64,000 nt of DNA from Utricularia gibba (taxonomy: Eukaryota > Plantae > Magnoliophyta), in the NCBI GenBank assembly GCA_002189035.1, contig NEEC01000009.1:1984001-2048000 (forward strand), read 5' to 3'. This document shows, piece after piece, positions 12,600-43,195 of this stretch (positions are counted from its first letter, which is position 1; each line of letters begins with the position of its first letter). The notes beneath the pieces are model-generated. The model had not been told where the DNA came from. It was given only the letters and a program-made list of their open reading frames with translations, and ran no database searches. A program made the translations under genes and the position numbers.

Positions 12600-13259
12600 T
12601 GGTGCACCAGGCTCGGGAGAACGAATGCTGCCCGAGCTGCCCGATCAAGAAAAGGCTCTAGATCTTCGCGAGCATATCGGCGTTCTAGAACATTCTACCA
12701 CACATTTCGTGGGCAAAAATACCTGAACCATGAAATGAAGCCCACAGGCCCATAATATATTCTTGACTTCTCAAGCGGCCCATACAATTTACCGTTGGGG
12801 GCCTGTTCAAAACTGCAACCATACTAAACCTTAATTATAAAAATTATTTATATTAATAAAAAATGTTTAATATTTGCAAACAATTAAGAATTTTTTCCAA
12901 AATTAAAATTAATTTATACATTTTATGGAAATCGAAGAAATTTTGTTTTCAAATGCATAATTAATTTAGAATTCGATTTTTTTTTTCAACAAAAGAAAAA
13001 CAGGCAAAGAAAAGTAAACCGACTTTCAACCAAAAATAACAAATGACTTGAAGGGAAAGCCAAGTTCTGGTTCTGCTGCTCTGTATAATTACAAAACCCT
13101 TGTGACGCGAACGTATAAAAAACAAAAATCATTTCTTAGTTGTAATCTTTTTTCTGATTCTATCAAAACTCGCGAGTATCGGACCTGCGGTGTTCTACGA
13201 TCAATTCGACGATGAACTCCACTTGATCTAGGGGAAGTGTACCGGCGGCAGAGTCTGGT
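12600..13259. promoter_or_regulatory. Shared divergent promoter of the RCC1 gene and BIG
   Basis: Head-to-head starts about 700 bp apart, with GGCCCA site-II-type motifs near 12747 and 12777 and an AT-rich core. Confidence 0.5.
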
Positions 13260-30972
<17,713 letters not shown>

Positions 30973-32572
30973 TGACCAAATGCTCTCTTTTTCACTTGGA
31001 TAGTTGTACGGACTTCCCTTCCAGAGTGTGGTTTGTACATTACAGTTATATCTCCTCCCATCAATAAAGGGTTTTTATAAAAATAATAACCTAAGTTTTT
31101 AATAACGTTCATGAATTATGATATGTTTTTTATTCCAGAAACACCTGAAAGATGTGGATTCAAAGAAACCTGATACAAGAACTTCTGGTCCTCGTTCCCC
31201 GTCCACTTCCACCAGGACAAAAGTGTCCTTCCAACATTCAGGGTTGGTGGGGATGAGTAGCTGGGAGTGAGAATGAGCCTCAAAGCACTGTTGTGAAGTT
31301 AAGGACGAGTGCTCAAGCTATTATGGGGAGAGAATGATTACAGAGTTTGCGTCCAGACCCATGTATTTGATCATTATGGCAAGGGGAACCCAAACTTTGC
31401 AAGCTTACTAATGGGACACAGGCTCTATCTGTCAGCCTCCTCAAAAACTTCCAGAGTAGACAGGTTTCCCTATTGACTTGCAGTGTTTCTAGTTTAGTAT
31501 CATGATGGTTTATGTCAGTTTTTCATGGTAGGAATAATGGTGCTCATGGGCGAGATATGAGAGCATCTTCATAAACCCAACCGTTTGTGGAAGCATCTCC
31601 AAAACATTGTTCAGGGATTGGAGCCAATGCCAAAATTTTGAAGCCTCTTTCAAGAAGTGCTCCTACTATTTCATTTATATCAGCATTACATGATGTTATA
31701 TCTATCCAGAGTTGCCCCATAAGCATTGAAGAATGGATATGAGGATGATGTAGATAACGACGAATTGGATTCACTAGGTTCAATGCCCCTTTCAATCAAT
31801 CCAGGGAACCCAAGGGGGTGGCTGATACAAGCAACAAACAAGAAACACAAATGGAAGATCAGGAACTGGAAGGTGATGAAAGCTGAATAAAACATATCTC
31901 TTGTTACTAACAATGAATGATCATGAAGCTTGGTGAGAAAATCAGCTCCATCTTCATGAGAGTGACAGTAGGTAGAAAATCTAGTCATTATTTTTTATGA
32001 TATTGCTAAACTTCTTCATGTATTAATTACTTGGACTAAATGTACGGAGGCTGTCACCCTTAACTGGGATTGACACTGTTTAAATGCAAATGGTGCTGTC
32101 CCCCACCTGATGAGCAGCATCAGTACTACTCGATTGTCGTACTGCACTACCATCTATCCTGCAATGGCATCATCAATTTGTTCTGTTGCAGCTTTTTACT
32201 GTGCTTGTTGGATGCACTCTATACACTTCAGTTTATAGAACAGTGAAATGGAGTAAACATGAGCTCACTTTTGTTTCTCTTCCTGTGAACTGTTTCTTAT
32301 AAAAGATGTTAAATGATCTCTTAATGCCCACATTTTGAAGTCACTCAAAATGCAGCCATCATAGAAGGGGAAACTGAGGAACCTTATTTATTCAGCATCT
32401 GTATCTTCATGTCATGGACGTAAGGTTTAAGTGATATAAGCAGTGCTTGTTGCTGCCTCACTTCCACAAATGGAAGAAGCTCGCTGCATAGTCGAGATCC
32501 GGCAAGTAACCGGTAAGCACACATCTCTAGGCTGGCTAAAAGAGAATTGTGATACAAATATGTGGTCTTGCT

Positions 32573-33125
32573 TCAACGGTTGTTTATGGGTGGCTTCAGT
32601 CTTGGCCGATCCATTCCTCTGTAATCCTTCCACATCATTCTTTCAACTCTCTCTGCTGCATCAAGAAATGCCTTATTCTCTTCATGCTTCTGGCTGAGTA
32701 TCTAGGTAAAAAGAAAAGCAGCAAAGAACATAACCAAAAGATGAGAATGTGAAAACTCTACTGGAATCAAAAGACAAAACTCTTACCTTGGAGCCATTGT
32801 GGTGATACCCTTCTTCGCCGTCCTCTTCTTGTACTTCTTCTCCAAAAGAAGCTCTCTCTACAGAAGCTGGTTCATCGAACATTTGGAAAATAACAGAGGA
32901 AATTCACTGAAAACTGCATGCATCATGAAAAAGAAAAGCTTTTGAACCTGGGATGAAAACTGGCTTCTTGACTGCATCATGCACCTGCAGCAGAGTCTTC
33001 CTTCCTCCAAGAAATTCTGTTTTCACCAAGTTGCTGATACCTTGATGAAGTCTTGCATAAGTGAACTCCATAGCTAAGCAAATGAGGAAAAAACAAATCA
33101 TCCCTGAGGTACAAGGACTTCTCAT
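32573..33125 (-). CDS. Secreted peptide precursor of the RGF/GOLVEN/CLEL family, 3 exons, 128 aa
   Basis: Exons 33125-32948 (MRSPCTSGMICFFLICLAMEFTYA signal-like...VFIP), 32866-32787 and 32701-32573, with GT-AG introns of 81 and 85 nt, total 387 nt in frame. C-terminus ...MMWKDYRGMDRPRLKPPINNR* has the DY...PPI(H/N)N motif. Confidence 0.85.
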
Positions 33126-34162
33126 TTTCTAGTCTTCTCCTTTATTCATGCCAAAACACCTGAACAAAAAGCAAGGAAATGAAACGTTGGATTCTTATAG
33201 AGCTTTCAAACGTCAGTCAAAGTTCCCGACAACCAACTATGCTCGTGGGGACAAGTAGAGCTTAAAGAAACTGATTATTAAAATAATGAGCAGAGAAAAT
33301 AGTAATTTTATGCTACCATACAGAAACCTTATCAGAGCAGACAACAGTGTCTTCTTATTGGTTGGATGGTGATCTCGAGGACCCCTTTGCTTATAAGGCA
33401 TGGTTACTATTAGGACTTACGAGCCAAGCATCATACTTGTACTTCATTAAATGCAATTTGGCTTCTTCCGTCTACACACAAATGCAATGAAATCTGATAC
33501 AACCACGAGCCTGTTCCACCTTCAAGATCGGTTCCATTGTCAAAGTAAGACACTATTTCAGAGTGGTGTGCATACATGTTTTGTATGGAAATGAATCTGA
33601 ATTTTCAAGTGGTAGAGGGGATGCTTGGACCATGTAGAGAGTCTCCTTGTGGGGCAGCTGTAAAGCCAAGAAATGCGCCGTTTCCTATTATGGATTCAGC
33701 AGAAAGTGATGTGCTCCAAATAAAAAACGATGTGTCCCAATCAGTTACGGGAACAGACATCATTTCCTTTTAACGATTGCTTTCAGAAGACATGTGCATT
33801 TTGAGTATTCACAAACGATCACACAGCTTTTAACAGCTCAAGATTCACAATCATCCAGTGATCTTGAAAGCAAACAAACAAAAAAAATCCATATCTTGCT
33901 CTGTGTAACAAACTACTGCAAAAATGTAGATCACCAAGCTGTGTGTTTGAATTTGTGATGACTGAACCATCAAAATTTCTGAAGAATGAATCATAAACAT
34001 CACTGGCGGTTAACTGTAGATTATGAAATTTGAATGGATGAAAAAAAAAAAAAACATACAGACCGATGCCAAAGAAAATTTCCACAGGGAGTGTTTTGTT
34101 TACTTCGTTAGTAATGGAAGTTAAAGAGGTTGCAATTACATGCCCGCTTGCATGCAACTGTT

Positions 34163-35449
34163 TCAGCAGACACTGGCATCGAATCGTGGCTCATAGAAGC
34201 AAACCTGGCTATTATACGTTTGGAGGGCAAATCCAGCTATCCAAGACCAAACTTTTTTATCAACATCATAGAGAAGGCCCTTTCCTTGGTTCCATGATGT
34301 AAAACAAATCAGATTATCCTGTCCGAAGCATTCAAATCTCTCGGCTGATAGCCTAAAAAGTGCTCGGAAATACTTCGGAGGCATTCTGCTCACCTCAATC
34401 CAAACCAATTTGGTATGGTCCAGCTCCCATATCTTCATGCTTTGAAGAGTACTATAGAGTCCGATTCTGCCAACTAGAAACAGGCGTTTTTGGGTTCCAG
34501 CAACAAGATATCCATCCAACAATGACCGGGGAAACTTTGCAGGTATGTGTTCCCAATGACCATTGTCCAACCGATACATCATCAAACCAAGCGGTGAAAG
34601 TGTTTCCAAGTACAACCTTGACTCACAAAATGCCATCTTTGAGGAGCAAAGGTTTACAGCAGGCATAGTTTCGTGAAGCAACCATTTGTTAAGTTTCGAG
34701 TCATACACTTCAGTGGGCAAGGATCTGTCACCATAGATATCACTAGTAGCTATAACTTTAAAGGACCGGTCCTTCCGATCGACAACCATAACCAACTGCC
34801 TTTGCTGGTTATAATGCATGCTGGGCAAGGTTCTCCAAGTCTGTGTCAGTGGATTGCAAATCAATGTCTTAAAGATGAAACCATCCAACCCTGAAAAGCA
34901 TACGAGCCCTCCAGAAGAGCCAACCAGCAAGAAGGCCCAAGCTGGGAGAAATGTAAATGGGATTCGGAACCACTGCTTAAGAGGCAAGCTAAATACTGAA
35001 CATTGAGGAGTCTGTGAGTTCTTCCAATATGTGAGAAGGCAAGGTCCATGAGAGGGTACTTGTGAATGAAATCTCAAAAAGCTCTGATCTTGCAAGATGG
35101 AATTCCATCTCTTGCACACGGAGCGCAGTCTAAATATCATGAATGGCGGAAGCCTAGCTAAGATCTCATTCAAAAGATCTTCCGGAAGCCTGGCCCATAT
35201 GTTATCTTCCATCTGTATATCTGGTTGAACAGCTTTACCAAATGAGGCTGCAGTTTCTTCATCTAGCCCCCGTGGTTTCGTTTTGATCACCTTCTGCCTC
35301 GACGGACTTGTATTTCTGGATCCAATTCGACCAAGTGGGCTGGTATTTCTAGACCCACAGCAACTATAGCCTGCTTGCCGGAGAAAAAGTTCCTCCTCCC
35401 TTGAAGAACTGCCTCTCACCCATCTAGAATTTGACGCAGCTTCCGCCAT
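34163..35449 (-). CDS. F-box/kelch-repeat protein (At5g15710-like), single coding exon, 428 aa
   Basis: F-box [36 protein letters not shown], then kelch-like [16 protein letters not shown]...[13 protein letters not shown], ending YEPRFDASV. The N-terminus has the SRNTSP repeats of this subfamily. Confidence 0.93.
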   Translation of the reverse strand: MAEAASNSRWVRGSSSREEELFLRQAGYSCCGSRNTSPLGRIGSRNTSPSRQKVIKTKPRGLDEETAASFGKAVQPDIQMEDNIWARLPEDLLNEILARLPPFMIFRLRSVCKRWNSILQDQSFLRFHSQVPSHGPCLLTYWKNSQTPQCSVFSLPLKQWFRIPFTFLPAWAFLLVGSSGGLVCFSGLDGFIFKTLICNPLTQTWRTLPSMHYNQQRQLVMVVDRKDRSFKVIATSDIYGDRSLPTEVYDSKLNKWLLHETMPAVNLCSSKMAFCESRLYLETLSPLGLMMYRLDNGHWEHIPAKFPRSLLDGYLVAGTQKRLFLVGRIGLYSTLQSMKIWELDHTKLVWIEVSRMPPKYFRALFRLSAERFECFGQDNLICFTSWNQGKGLLYDVDKKVWSWIAGFALQTYNSQVCFYEPRFDASVC

Positions 35450-36358
35450 TCAAATAAGCTTGACAAACACAATATACAGCCTCGAATTCTTACAAGAAAA
35501 GCTTAACTTGATAATCCCTTCAGAATTTCTCAGACTCAGCCACCACTAACAAATAAAAACCCAAGTCAAATGGAGAAACGCAGCAACCAACAAAAACCCA
35601 ATTCACCAGGCATTCCCATCACTAAAAAAGAACAATTTTTTAGCTCTCAACATTACAAACACCGGATTCAGAAAAAAAAAAAAAGAAAAGAAAAGTGGCG
35701 CTTACCCAAACACCCACCCGAAACCATAAGCATCCATCACCAGCAAAAAGGGTAAAAAAGAGGAAATTAAAGGAATTCACTGAATCTGGCATTCATTAAC
35801 TTCCACATCCACACTGACTGAACATGAACCGTCGAGGGACAAATTGGTGAGCTCATCTACCTACCTATTTCAATTCCCTTTGCTTTTTTGCACACCCTAT
35901 CTCTTTTTCTTTCCACTCTACTCCGGCAGCCAGAAAACCCCGTTCACTTTCCGAGTTCTCACTTTAACACCCGAAGTTCCAGCATTTACCCCTTTTCATT
36001 GTTCTCCCAAAACTACTGAATATCGAAAAAAAATATATTTTAAAAGTGTTTTTGATAAAAACAGATAACAGAACCATATGAGCCAACTCAGTGACCCGTT
36101 TTCCAAAAAGCGGGTCGGTTTGGACCCGGTCTTGTGACTCCACCCGACGGTGGCTGTTTGCATAAGCTTCTTCTACCGGATCTTCCGTCATGTTTTAATG
36201 AGTTCAGAAACGTGCTCAAAATCCACCCGCATGCCGGCTCATGGAGATGAACCGGAGTCACAATGTTACATTCGCATTGTGAAGGCGAACTCAGGCTCAA
36301 TTCATGCAATGCTGTGGGTCCTTGCTTGTCGCCCTGGATTTTGGAAAGGCGTACTTCA

Positions 36359-39300
36359 TTAGTATCCAAAACGATCGTTCAGCGACGTTCGTCCATCTCC
36401 AGATTGGCCTGGCCGGAGAATCATAGAGCCACAGCGTGTTAAAAAGCAACCAGATAAAATACCCAGAAAAACTGGAAACTTGCAACAGAATGTTATGGCT
36501 CTTGAAAGTTGAAGGTACCTTGTGGGGGACCCAAGATTCATAATCCGACCCCTTGGACATGGATGATCTCTCGCCGTTGACCGCTTGTTCTTGTGTCTCG
36601 CTGTCCATCCAGGTGTCATCATCTTCATCACGGACATGGTATCCTTTAGAATGTTTTAGTAGCAAGGCCACAGCATCTTCTGCCTTGAACTTGGAAGGAC
36701 TGGGCTCCTCAAGCTCTCCGCTCCCAGTTGGCTTCGTAGCCTCACGTGACTTTCGCTTCCTTATTAAAAGACCAGGTGCAGCTGCTTCTAGTGAAGGGTC
36801 TGTTTTCTCCAGCATTGTTTGCCTATCTTTGTAGTCTACAAACTCGTCAGTTTCTTGATGATCATCAGCAGGTGTTACCTGCTTGCTTTCTTGTTTTGAT
36901 CTATCTTGCACAGCACCAAGCCACTGAGGCTTTGCAACTGTCAATGGTGTAGTTTGGGTTGCATCAGCTTTTGGTTCTGGTTCCGAAATCGCACCAACAT
37001 TTTCTTTCTCTTGAACTAATGAATCTTCCGGTTTGGCAGAACTACTGTTCCTTAACGAAGTGGCCATGTGCTCATCTGGCGCCGCGGGTCTTTTTCCAAC
37101 AAGTGAAGCAGAACTTCGACTTGCAGTTGTGACAACAGTCTGTCCTGCGGATTCCCTTTTCCTTGCAGCTTCTCCAGTAGGATCGGCAAGTTTCAACAGG
37201 TACAAAATCCTGTCCAACTCTGACCATAGACTTGACAACTCCTTCTGAACCTTTTCCTTCGTATCTATAACTGCCAATAAACAAGGATACTAACTCAACA
37301 CCAAACAGGTTTCAGCAGGGGAACAGATGTTAAGATCCCCTGGCATGAATCAAAAATAAAAAACATGAAAAACTTTTTCAAAGTCTAAGTCATAGAAAAT
37401 TTACCAAGCTGAGATGAAACAGCAGACATGTACGCATCAAGAGCATCTTCCTCATTGGCTGTGGACACATTATCCTTTTTCGCTAGATTGCTATCATCAA
37501 TAAGTAACTTTTCCTTCTCTTTTATCTCCTTGAGAAGGGATTCCTTCTTGTCAAGGAGAGATTCAGATGTTTCAACCGATTTGCTGTCCACGCTCTTTTT
37601 CTTTGGCTTCTTTGTCCGATCATAGAATTCATCATCATCACTGCATTTGTAGAATATTCAGTATAACGTGGTCATAGCCAAACCATTTTTGTGGCTGAAA
37701 TCAGAGGAAGACATGAAATGTTTTTCCAAAGTTGAGCACACCAAATTATTCAATTGGAGAGCATATATTCATCATAGCTCGTCTCACATGATACCTTAAA
37801 AGATCTTCCTCATCGATAAACCCTTTTTTCTTCCTAGCTGCTGATCTTCCAGACCGTGCGCCCAAACTCTCCCGGATACTATCATTTAATGTCTCTTCCA
37901 AATTTTCAAGTTCTTCCATTATCTGTTGAAAGATTCAAATGCCAGTTTATACACAAATAAAATGAAACACGCTCCAAGAAAAGGCATGCTATAACAATCA
38001 ACCTGTGATATCCTCTGGTCATTTCGAGCGATCTGAGTTTGTTGTCCTTGTGTCAGGCCACCTTGGGGAATATCCTTAGCCCGAATTGCATCGATCTCTT
38101 TTTTCATGTGAGCAATCTAGATAAAAAAATAAAATAAAATAACACTTTCGAAACTCATCATTTTCAAATTCAGTGTAAGTGTCCTTGTCCAAAAATTATG
38201 GAATACAAGTGACCTTCTCAAGTCTCTTAATAACTTTTTCTTTAGTTTTCTCCTGCTTCTCTGTCAGCTGCCCTTGTAATTTTGCCAAGTTATTTCATCA
38301 ACTTCATCCTAAATATTCATGATCAAACATTGTCACTGATAAAGAATAGCAAAGAGGGACTCTGAATAGTGATTAATCAATTCTTATGAAATGGGCAAGC
38401 GAACATGTATGAGCAATGCAGCAGTTGCACAAACCTCATCATCCTCCACAGCATCCTCACCCATGCCCCATGATATTCCATCTGCACGAGATGCTTCAAG
38501 CTTTGCTCTAAGAAGTGATGCTTCCATATCATGCATATTTTGTTGGAGTTTCGCTCTATGTAAACTCTTCAAATCGGCTTCCTTAAAAAACATGGCAACA
38601 AAACTGTGAAATAAAAATTATGCATTAAATGAACAGTCGCCACACATTTTCTGCAGAAAGAAAAAATTATAATAAAAGCCTGATCATGGATGATAAATCT
38701 ATGAATTAGAGAAGTACCTTTGGCATCAAATCTGAGGGCCCTTGAAATATGTAAAGTCTAGAAGAGCTGCATAAAAATTAATAAGGTGTCACCGTGCCAC
38801 GCACTGTGCCAAAGAACATGAATCATATATACGTAGGTGAAAAATAAAAATATACTACCAATTTTATGAGCAGCATACTGCACTGGTATAAGGCCACGAA
38901 ATCTTTCATAAAATATGATCAAGAAAACATGCATATCAAGCCACATAGAAGTGCCATAGTGCTTGGTACTTACAGGCCAAAACGTATGACATCACCAACA
39001 TGTAAATCCACGTACACTCTCTTCTTCACCTGGTAAGTACGATGACGAGTGAGGCAACAAACTCTGGGTATTGATTAGAAATCGTACAGAGGAAATAAAA
39101 TAATTAATACAGAAAAACATCAATCTGATATATCAGGCGACATGAGTCTGCAAAAATAAAGTTAATTGGTAATAATTAAAGAGATGGAACTTATGATACA
39201 AGAAACGTGGGAAAAGGATCAGCACACTTTAAGAGTCATATGTCTATTGCTCAAGCCAAATAAAACAAAAATAAATCATCTTGAGTTCATCACCTTAAAT

Positions 39301-40546
39301 GGAAAAAAAAAGCACCGCGTTCCCTAGTCTGATGGCATGCATCTCAATATGATAAATCAAAGCCACTGTTAGATTGAAAGAGCGTACTAACACATATCTT
39401 TAAGGAAGATCCAATAAAATTAGCGCTGTAATGCTGGCTAGTTAGAATTGCAGAAATGAAATGAAAGGTTTTACCTCCTTTTTGTTTACGAAGGTTCCAT
39501 GAGTACTTCCAAGATCATAAATATATGCATCCTCATCACTCTTGAACTGGAGCACTGGCATGAAATAAGAACTTAAAATGTAATATTCTCGTCTTATTTT
39601 AGCCCTGCCCAGGCTTACGATCAAACAAATTTTCCAGATACATGAACATTAACTTAATGCATACAAACCAGAATGAAGATTAACTAACTAATCCGAAGAA
39701 TAAAATTAGTTCAAAAATTGCCAGAGCTTATTAAGTTTTAGACCTTGCAGCTAACTTCTGAGTAAAATATAGGGAAATAGCACAACACAGAAGCAACTTA
39801 ACGTAGAGTAAAATCAACGGAAAGGGCAAGCTCTCATTTTTACTTTTTTTTCAAAAACAAAGCTCAGGTAGAGCAGCAGTTAGATATGGTTACTGAGGAA
39901 CCGTACCAGCATGAAAACGAGAAATAGTAGGATGCTCAAGCATAAAATCACAAAGATCCACGCGGCCAAACATATAAGCTCCCTTCTTATCCCTGAAACA
40001 AGTTATCAAAGTGAGATTCAATCTCCAAGGTTAAACACTGCAATACATAACCCTGTCGCTAATAACACATCGACTAATTCTAACACTCTAAATTTTCAAC
40101 TACATTAACACCTCAAAAAAAAAGAAGTAATCAATTCGAAATATCAAGAGAAACGCTACTAACACGTCAAATTGTTGAATGATGGCACCATCCTTAAGAA
40201 CCTCGAGGAAGAAATGACGAGAAGGGGCGCCGCTCCAGGGCGGAATCGTGTACGGAACAGCGGGGCTATTACTTCTCAGATCCGCTTTCCTTTCAACCTC
40301 AACAAAGGAAGCGCCTATCTCACCCTCGGCACCAACCGAGAGTTGAACTGAATTCCCGGATACGGGAGGTTCGGAAGAATTGCGTTCGGAATCCATTTCA
40401 GTGCCCTCAAATTTACCGATTTCGGATATTGGTTGCTCAGTAGGGGTCGCCAACGTCGCAGCTTCATGCACAGTTTCAGCTACCGATGTCTCCCCAGCGC
40501 CGTCGGCTCTGTTCCTCGTAGGAGGAGGTCCCATGTCGGTAGTCAT
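36359..40546 (-). CDS. FHA-domain kanadaptin/SLC4A1AP-like protein, multi-exon, with an apparent 1-nt frameshift at 36524-36528
   Basis: Start MTTDMGPPP at 40546; YTIPPWSG...FFLEVLKDGAII; FHA core YIYDLGSTHGTFVNK; DLHVGDVIRFG; GISWGMGEDA; GGLTQGQQTQIARNDQRI; EEDALDAYMS; LKLADPTGEAARKR; ends GQSGDGRTSLNDRFGY*. Confidence 0.88.
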
Positions 40547-41350
40547 AACTTCGGTGGACGTAGCAGAAGGCACCCGCGACTCTGACCGACGGAATGGCTT
40601 CCGCGTCTACTGCACCGCGCCTCTTTCGTCCTTACCCCTTTATATACTTTTATTCTGTGATTTAATTTTATACAGCAAATACCTAGACTACCCTCACCGA
40701 TATTCTTCGGCCTCCTCCCTGGTTGCTAACAGTTCCCTGTTCCAAGTTCACGGTGAAACGATGGGCGATGGCGGGGCATGCGTTCCGACCGGAGTTTCTG
40801 TATATGCATCTTCGACGGGATCCACACCGGTGCATCTATTTCGAAAGCAATTTTCCTAATATCCATAGGAACGCGTGCCCTGAGAGATGATCATTATCTT
40901 GCGCCGTCTTTTACGGTGCACTCGTTCCTCTCGAATCCGCGTCTCCGGAGCTACAGTTCACCAGTCCAGGGGCATGGCCACCGGTGATGAGCATGGTCGC
41001 TGGCGCGCAACGCGCCGCCATCGGTGGTAAAGTATATACCATAATTTTTTTCATTTAGTTTCATGTTTAATCATCAATTTTCAACTTCAAAAAGTTCATA
41101 TAATTCTCGCACATTTTTATTCCTTTATCAGAAGCCACCGCCATGAAACAGGTTCTTCATGGCCAATGGCTTCCGATGACAAGCAGCTTCAAACCAGAAA
41201 TACACACACGCATGCGCGTCGCCTACACCAACGCCGCTTATTTCCATGTTCAGAAAAATTGCATACAAACACTGCTTACACTCCAGATGGCATCGGTAAA
41301 GGGTTCTCAAAACACAGCCTCACCGTTGCTGCATGAGATTGAAGGTGTGA

Positions 41351-43195
41351 TCAACCTCTGCGAGATGGCCCCTTCTTGAACAATGAATATGCATCGCTGA
41401 ATATCGCCACCAGGTTCGAGAAGACGGCAAGAACTATCATAGAGATGGCCAAGATCCTGTCTTTCCTGGTTGCGATGCCATATCTGTCCCTGCATGAACA
41501 GCCATGATTATCGTGTCAGCTGATACATCTGCGCAGGTTACGGTGGGTGTTCTTAGTTTAAGGGCTTCAGTTACCTGAGAGTAATGGCAGCCGGGAGAAT
41601 GAATCCGATGAGGACAGCAGCTGTGGCTCCGGTGAACTGGAAAGCATCCCATATGCTGGGAATGAAGTTTGCGCCAAGGAAGATGAGGAAGATGAGGCCA
41701 ATGCTGAGGGAAGCAAATCTGACATTGTCTGATGCCAGAGGCCTGGCGGATGGGAAGAGAAGGCCGTCCAAGTTCAGCCGCAGGGGAAAAAATATGATGG
41801 GGAACACGAGCATCAGGTGAGCGGCATAGCTGACGCGAACCGCATCATTAAGTAGAGAACCAAATGGGATCCCAAGATCTGTTGAGAAGTTGGCAAGCAC
41901 ATCATCAAGTGTAGCATCACCAAATAAGAGGAACCCGAAGAGGCTGGTCATGACATAAACGCTTGAGCAGAGGGCAAGAGAAGTTCTGACTACTGCTTTG
42001 ATCTTTGTGTTGTCCTCAAGCTCGTTGTCAATAGAGTGTACTTCAAATGAAAATGAAAGACATTAGCATAATCTCCCAAAAAAACTACTGTTAAACAGAT
42101 CAGATTGGTTTTTGTCCAACGAATGTCCCCAGATTCATACCATTGTAGTGGCAGATATATGCTGTGACAAGAACCGGAACAACAGTGAAGAGATCGAGGA
42201 CAGATGCTAAATCTCTAACATCTGGAAGTAACCTAGGCATCGCCACTGTTCCGCTGATCAACTTGATGAGTGAAATACCCACCATGATCACAAGAAACAC
42301 CACAGCAAGTCCAACAGATAGAGCAGAGGTGTATCTAAGCGAGTCTGAAAACAGGGACTCCATATTCAGGAAGGCTCAGAAAAAAGAATACATCATATGA
42401 TTCACTTGAAAAATCATGTCAAAATATGAGAAATTATCATAGCATGCGCACTTGTATAACGAGTTCAATATTTGAAAGATGATATCAGAGATAGAAAGGT
42501 ACCAATTCGCTTTAAACTTGCCAGTGGCGCAAATATGGCAAGAGTGGTGGCAAGAAGAATGAAAAAGCGCCCTGTCCACCAGTTTTCTCCGAACCATTCT
42601 TCCAAGACTCCAGCATGACGAATTCCATCTGATGTTGTGCCAGAAAGCACATCACCTGAAGATACAAAGCTCATTGGTGGGATGGTTGAAGAGTGAATAG
42701 GCAACCAACGACTAAGCAAAACCTGCAAGTGGAGCCTAACTTTGACAAAAAAGTTTGGTTACCTATGATAATCATGTACACTACAAGTACACCAATGTTG
42801 TTGATTAATACACATAGTTGAATCAATACCCTTCCAAACTTCCCAAATGCATCTCCCATGAGACCTCCATAGGAAGCTGACTTTGAAGTCCGGCTGAACC
42901 TAAGTAGAAACTCAATGGATGCTTCGGTCAAGAAGGCCATGATGATGATCATGGCAATCCCCAAAACAAGTCCCAAAACCTTCATCGTGGCAGGCAAAGC
43001 CATTATCCCGGCACCGATAATTGTTGTTGACAGATTAAACACTGCACCACTGAAGGAAGCTCCATTGAATTCATCGAATCCACCCTCTTCTGATTTACTG
43101 ACGGGCAACAATGGAGATTTCTCATCGGGAACTACATGCTTGTTCTTCTTTCTAGATTTTGCTTCCTTCGCAGGGCTTGAGTTCACAATTGTCAT
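41351..43195 (-). CDS. AVT6: Amino acid transporter AVT6 (Aa_trans/SLC38-like) family
   Basis: GASFSGAVFNLSTTIIGAGIMALPATMKVLG, INNIGVLVVYMIIIGDVLSG, SLRYTSALSVGLAVVF, AYICHYNVHSIDNEL, DDVLANFSTDLGIPF, DAFQFTGATAAV, ending LFKKGPSRRG*. A 5' UTR intron is likely at about 43230-43700. Confidence 0.93.

Noticed and set aside
31544-31795. 83-aa minus-strand ORF (..VGALLERGFKILALAP..)
   Set aside because: It has an alternative start, an in-frame stop immediately upstream, and no recognisable family.
33690-33775. Minus-strand C/D-box snoRNA-like pattern (ATGATGT...CTGA...CTGA)
   Set aside because: The C box is non-canonical and I recognised no rRNA or snRNA complementary guide.
33950-34010. GTGATGA...CTGA pattern with gtgatg/catcac inverted ends
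   Set aside because: No terminal D box (CTGG rather than CTGA) and the stem is short.
36090-36150. acccg/cgggt motif cluster resembling hAT subterminal repeats
   Set aside because: No paired TIR; too short to call an element.
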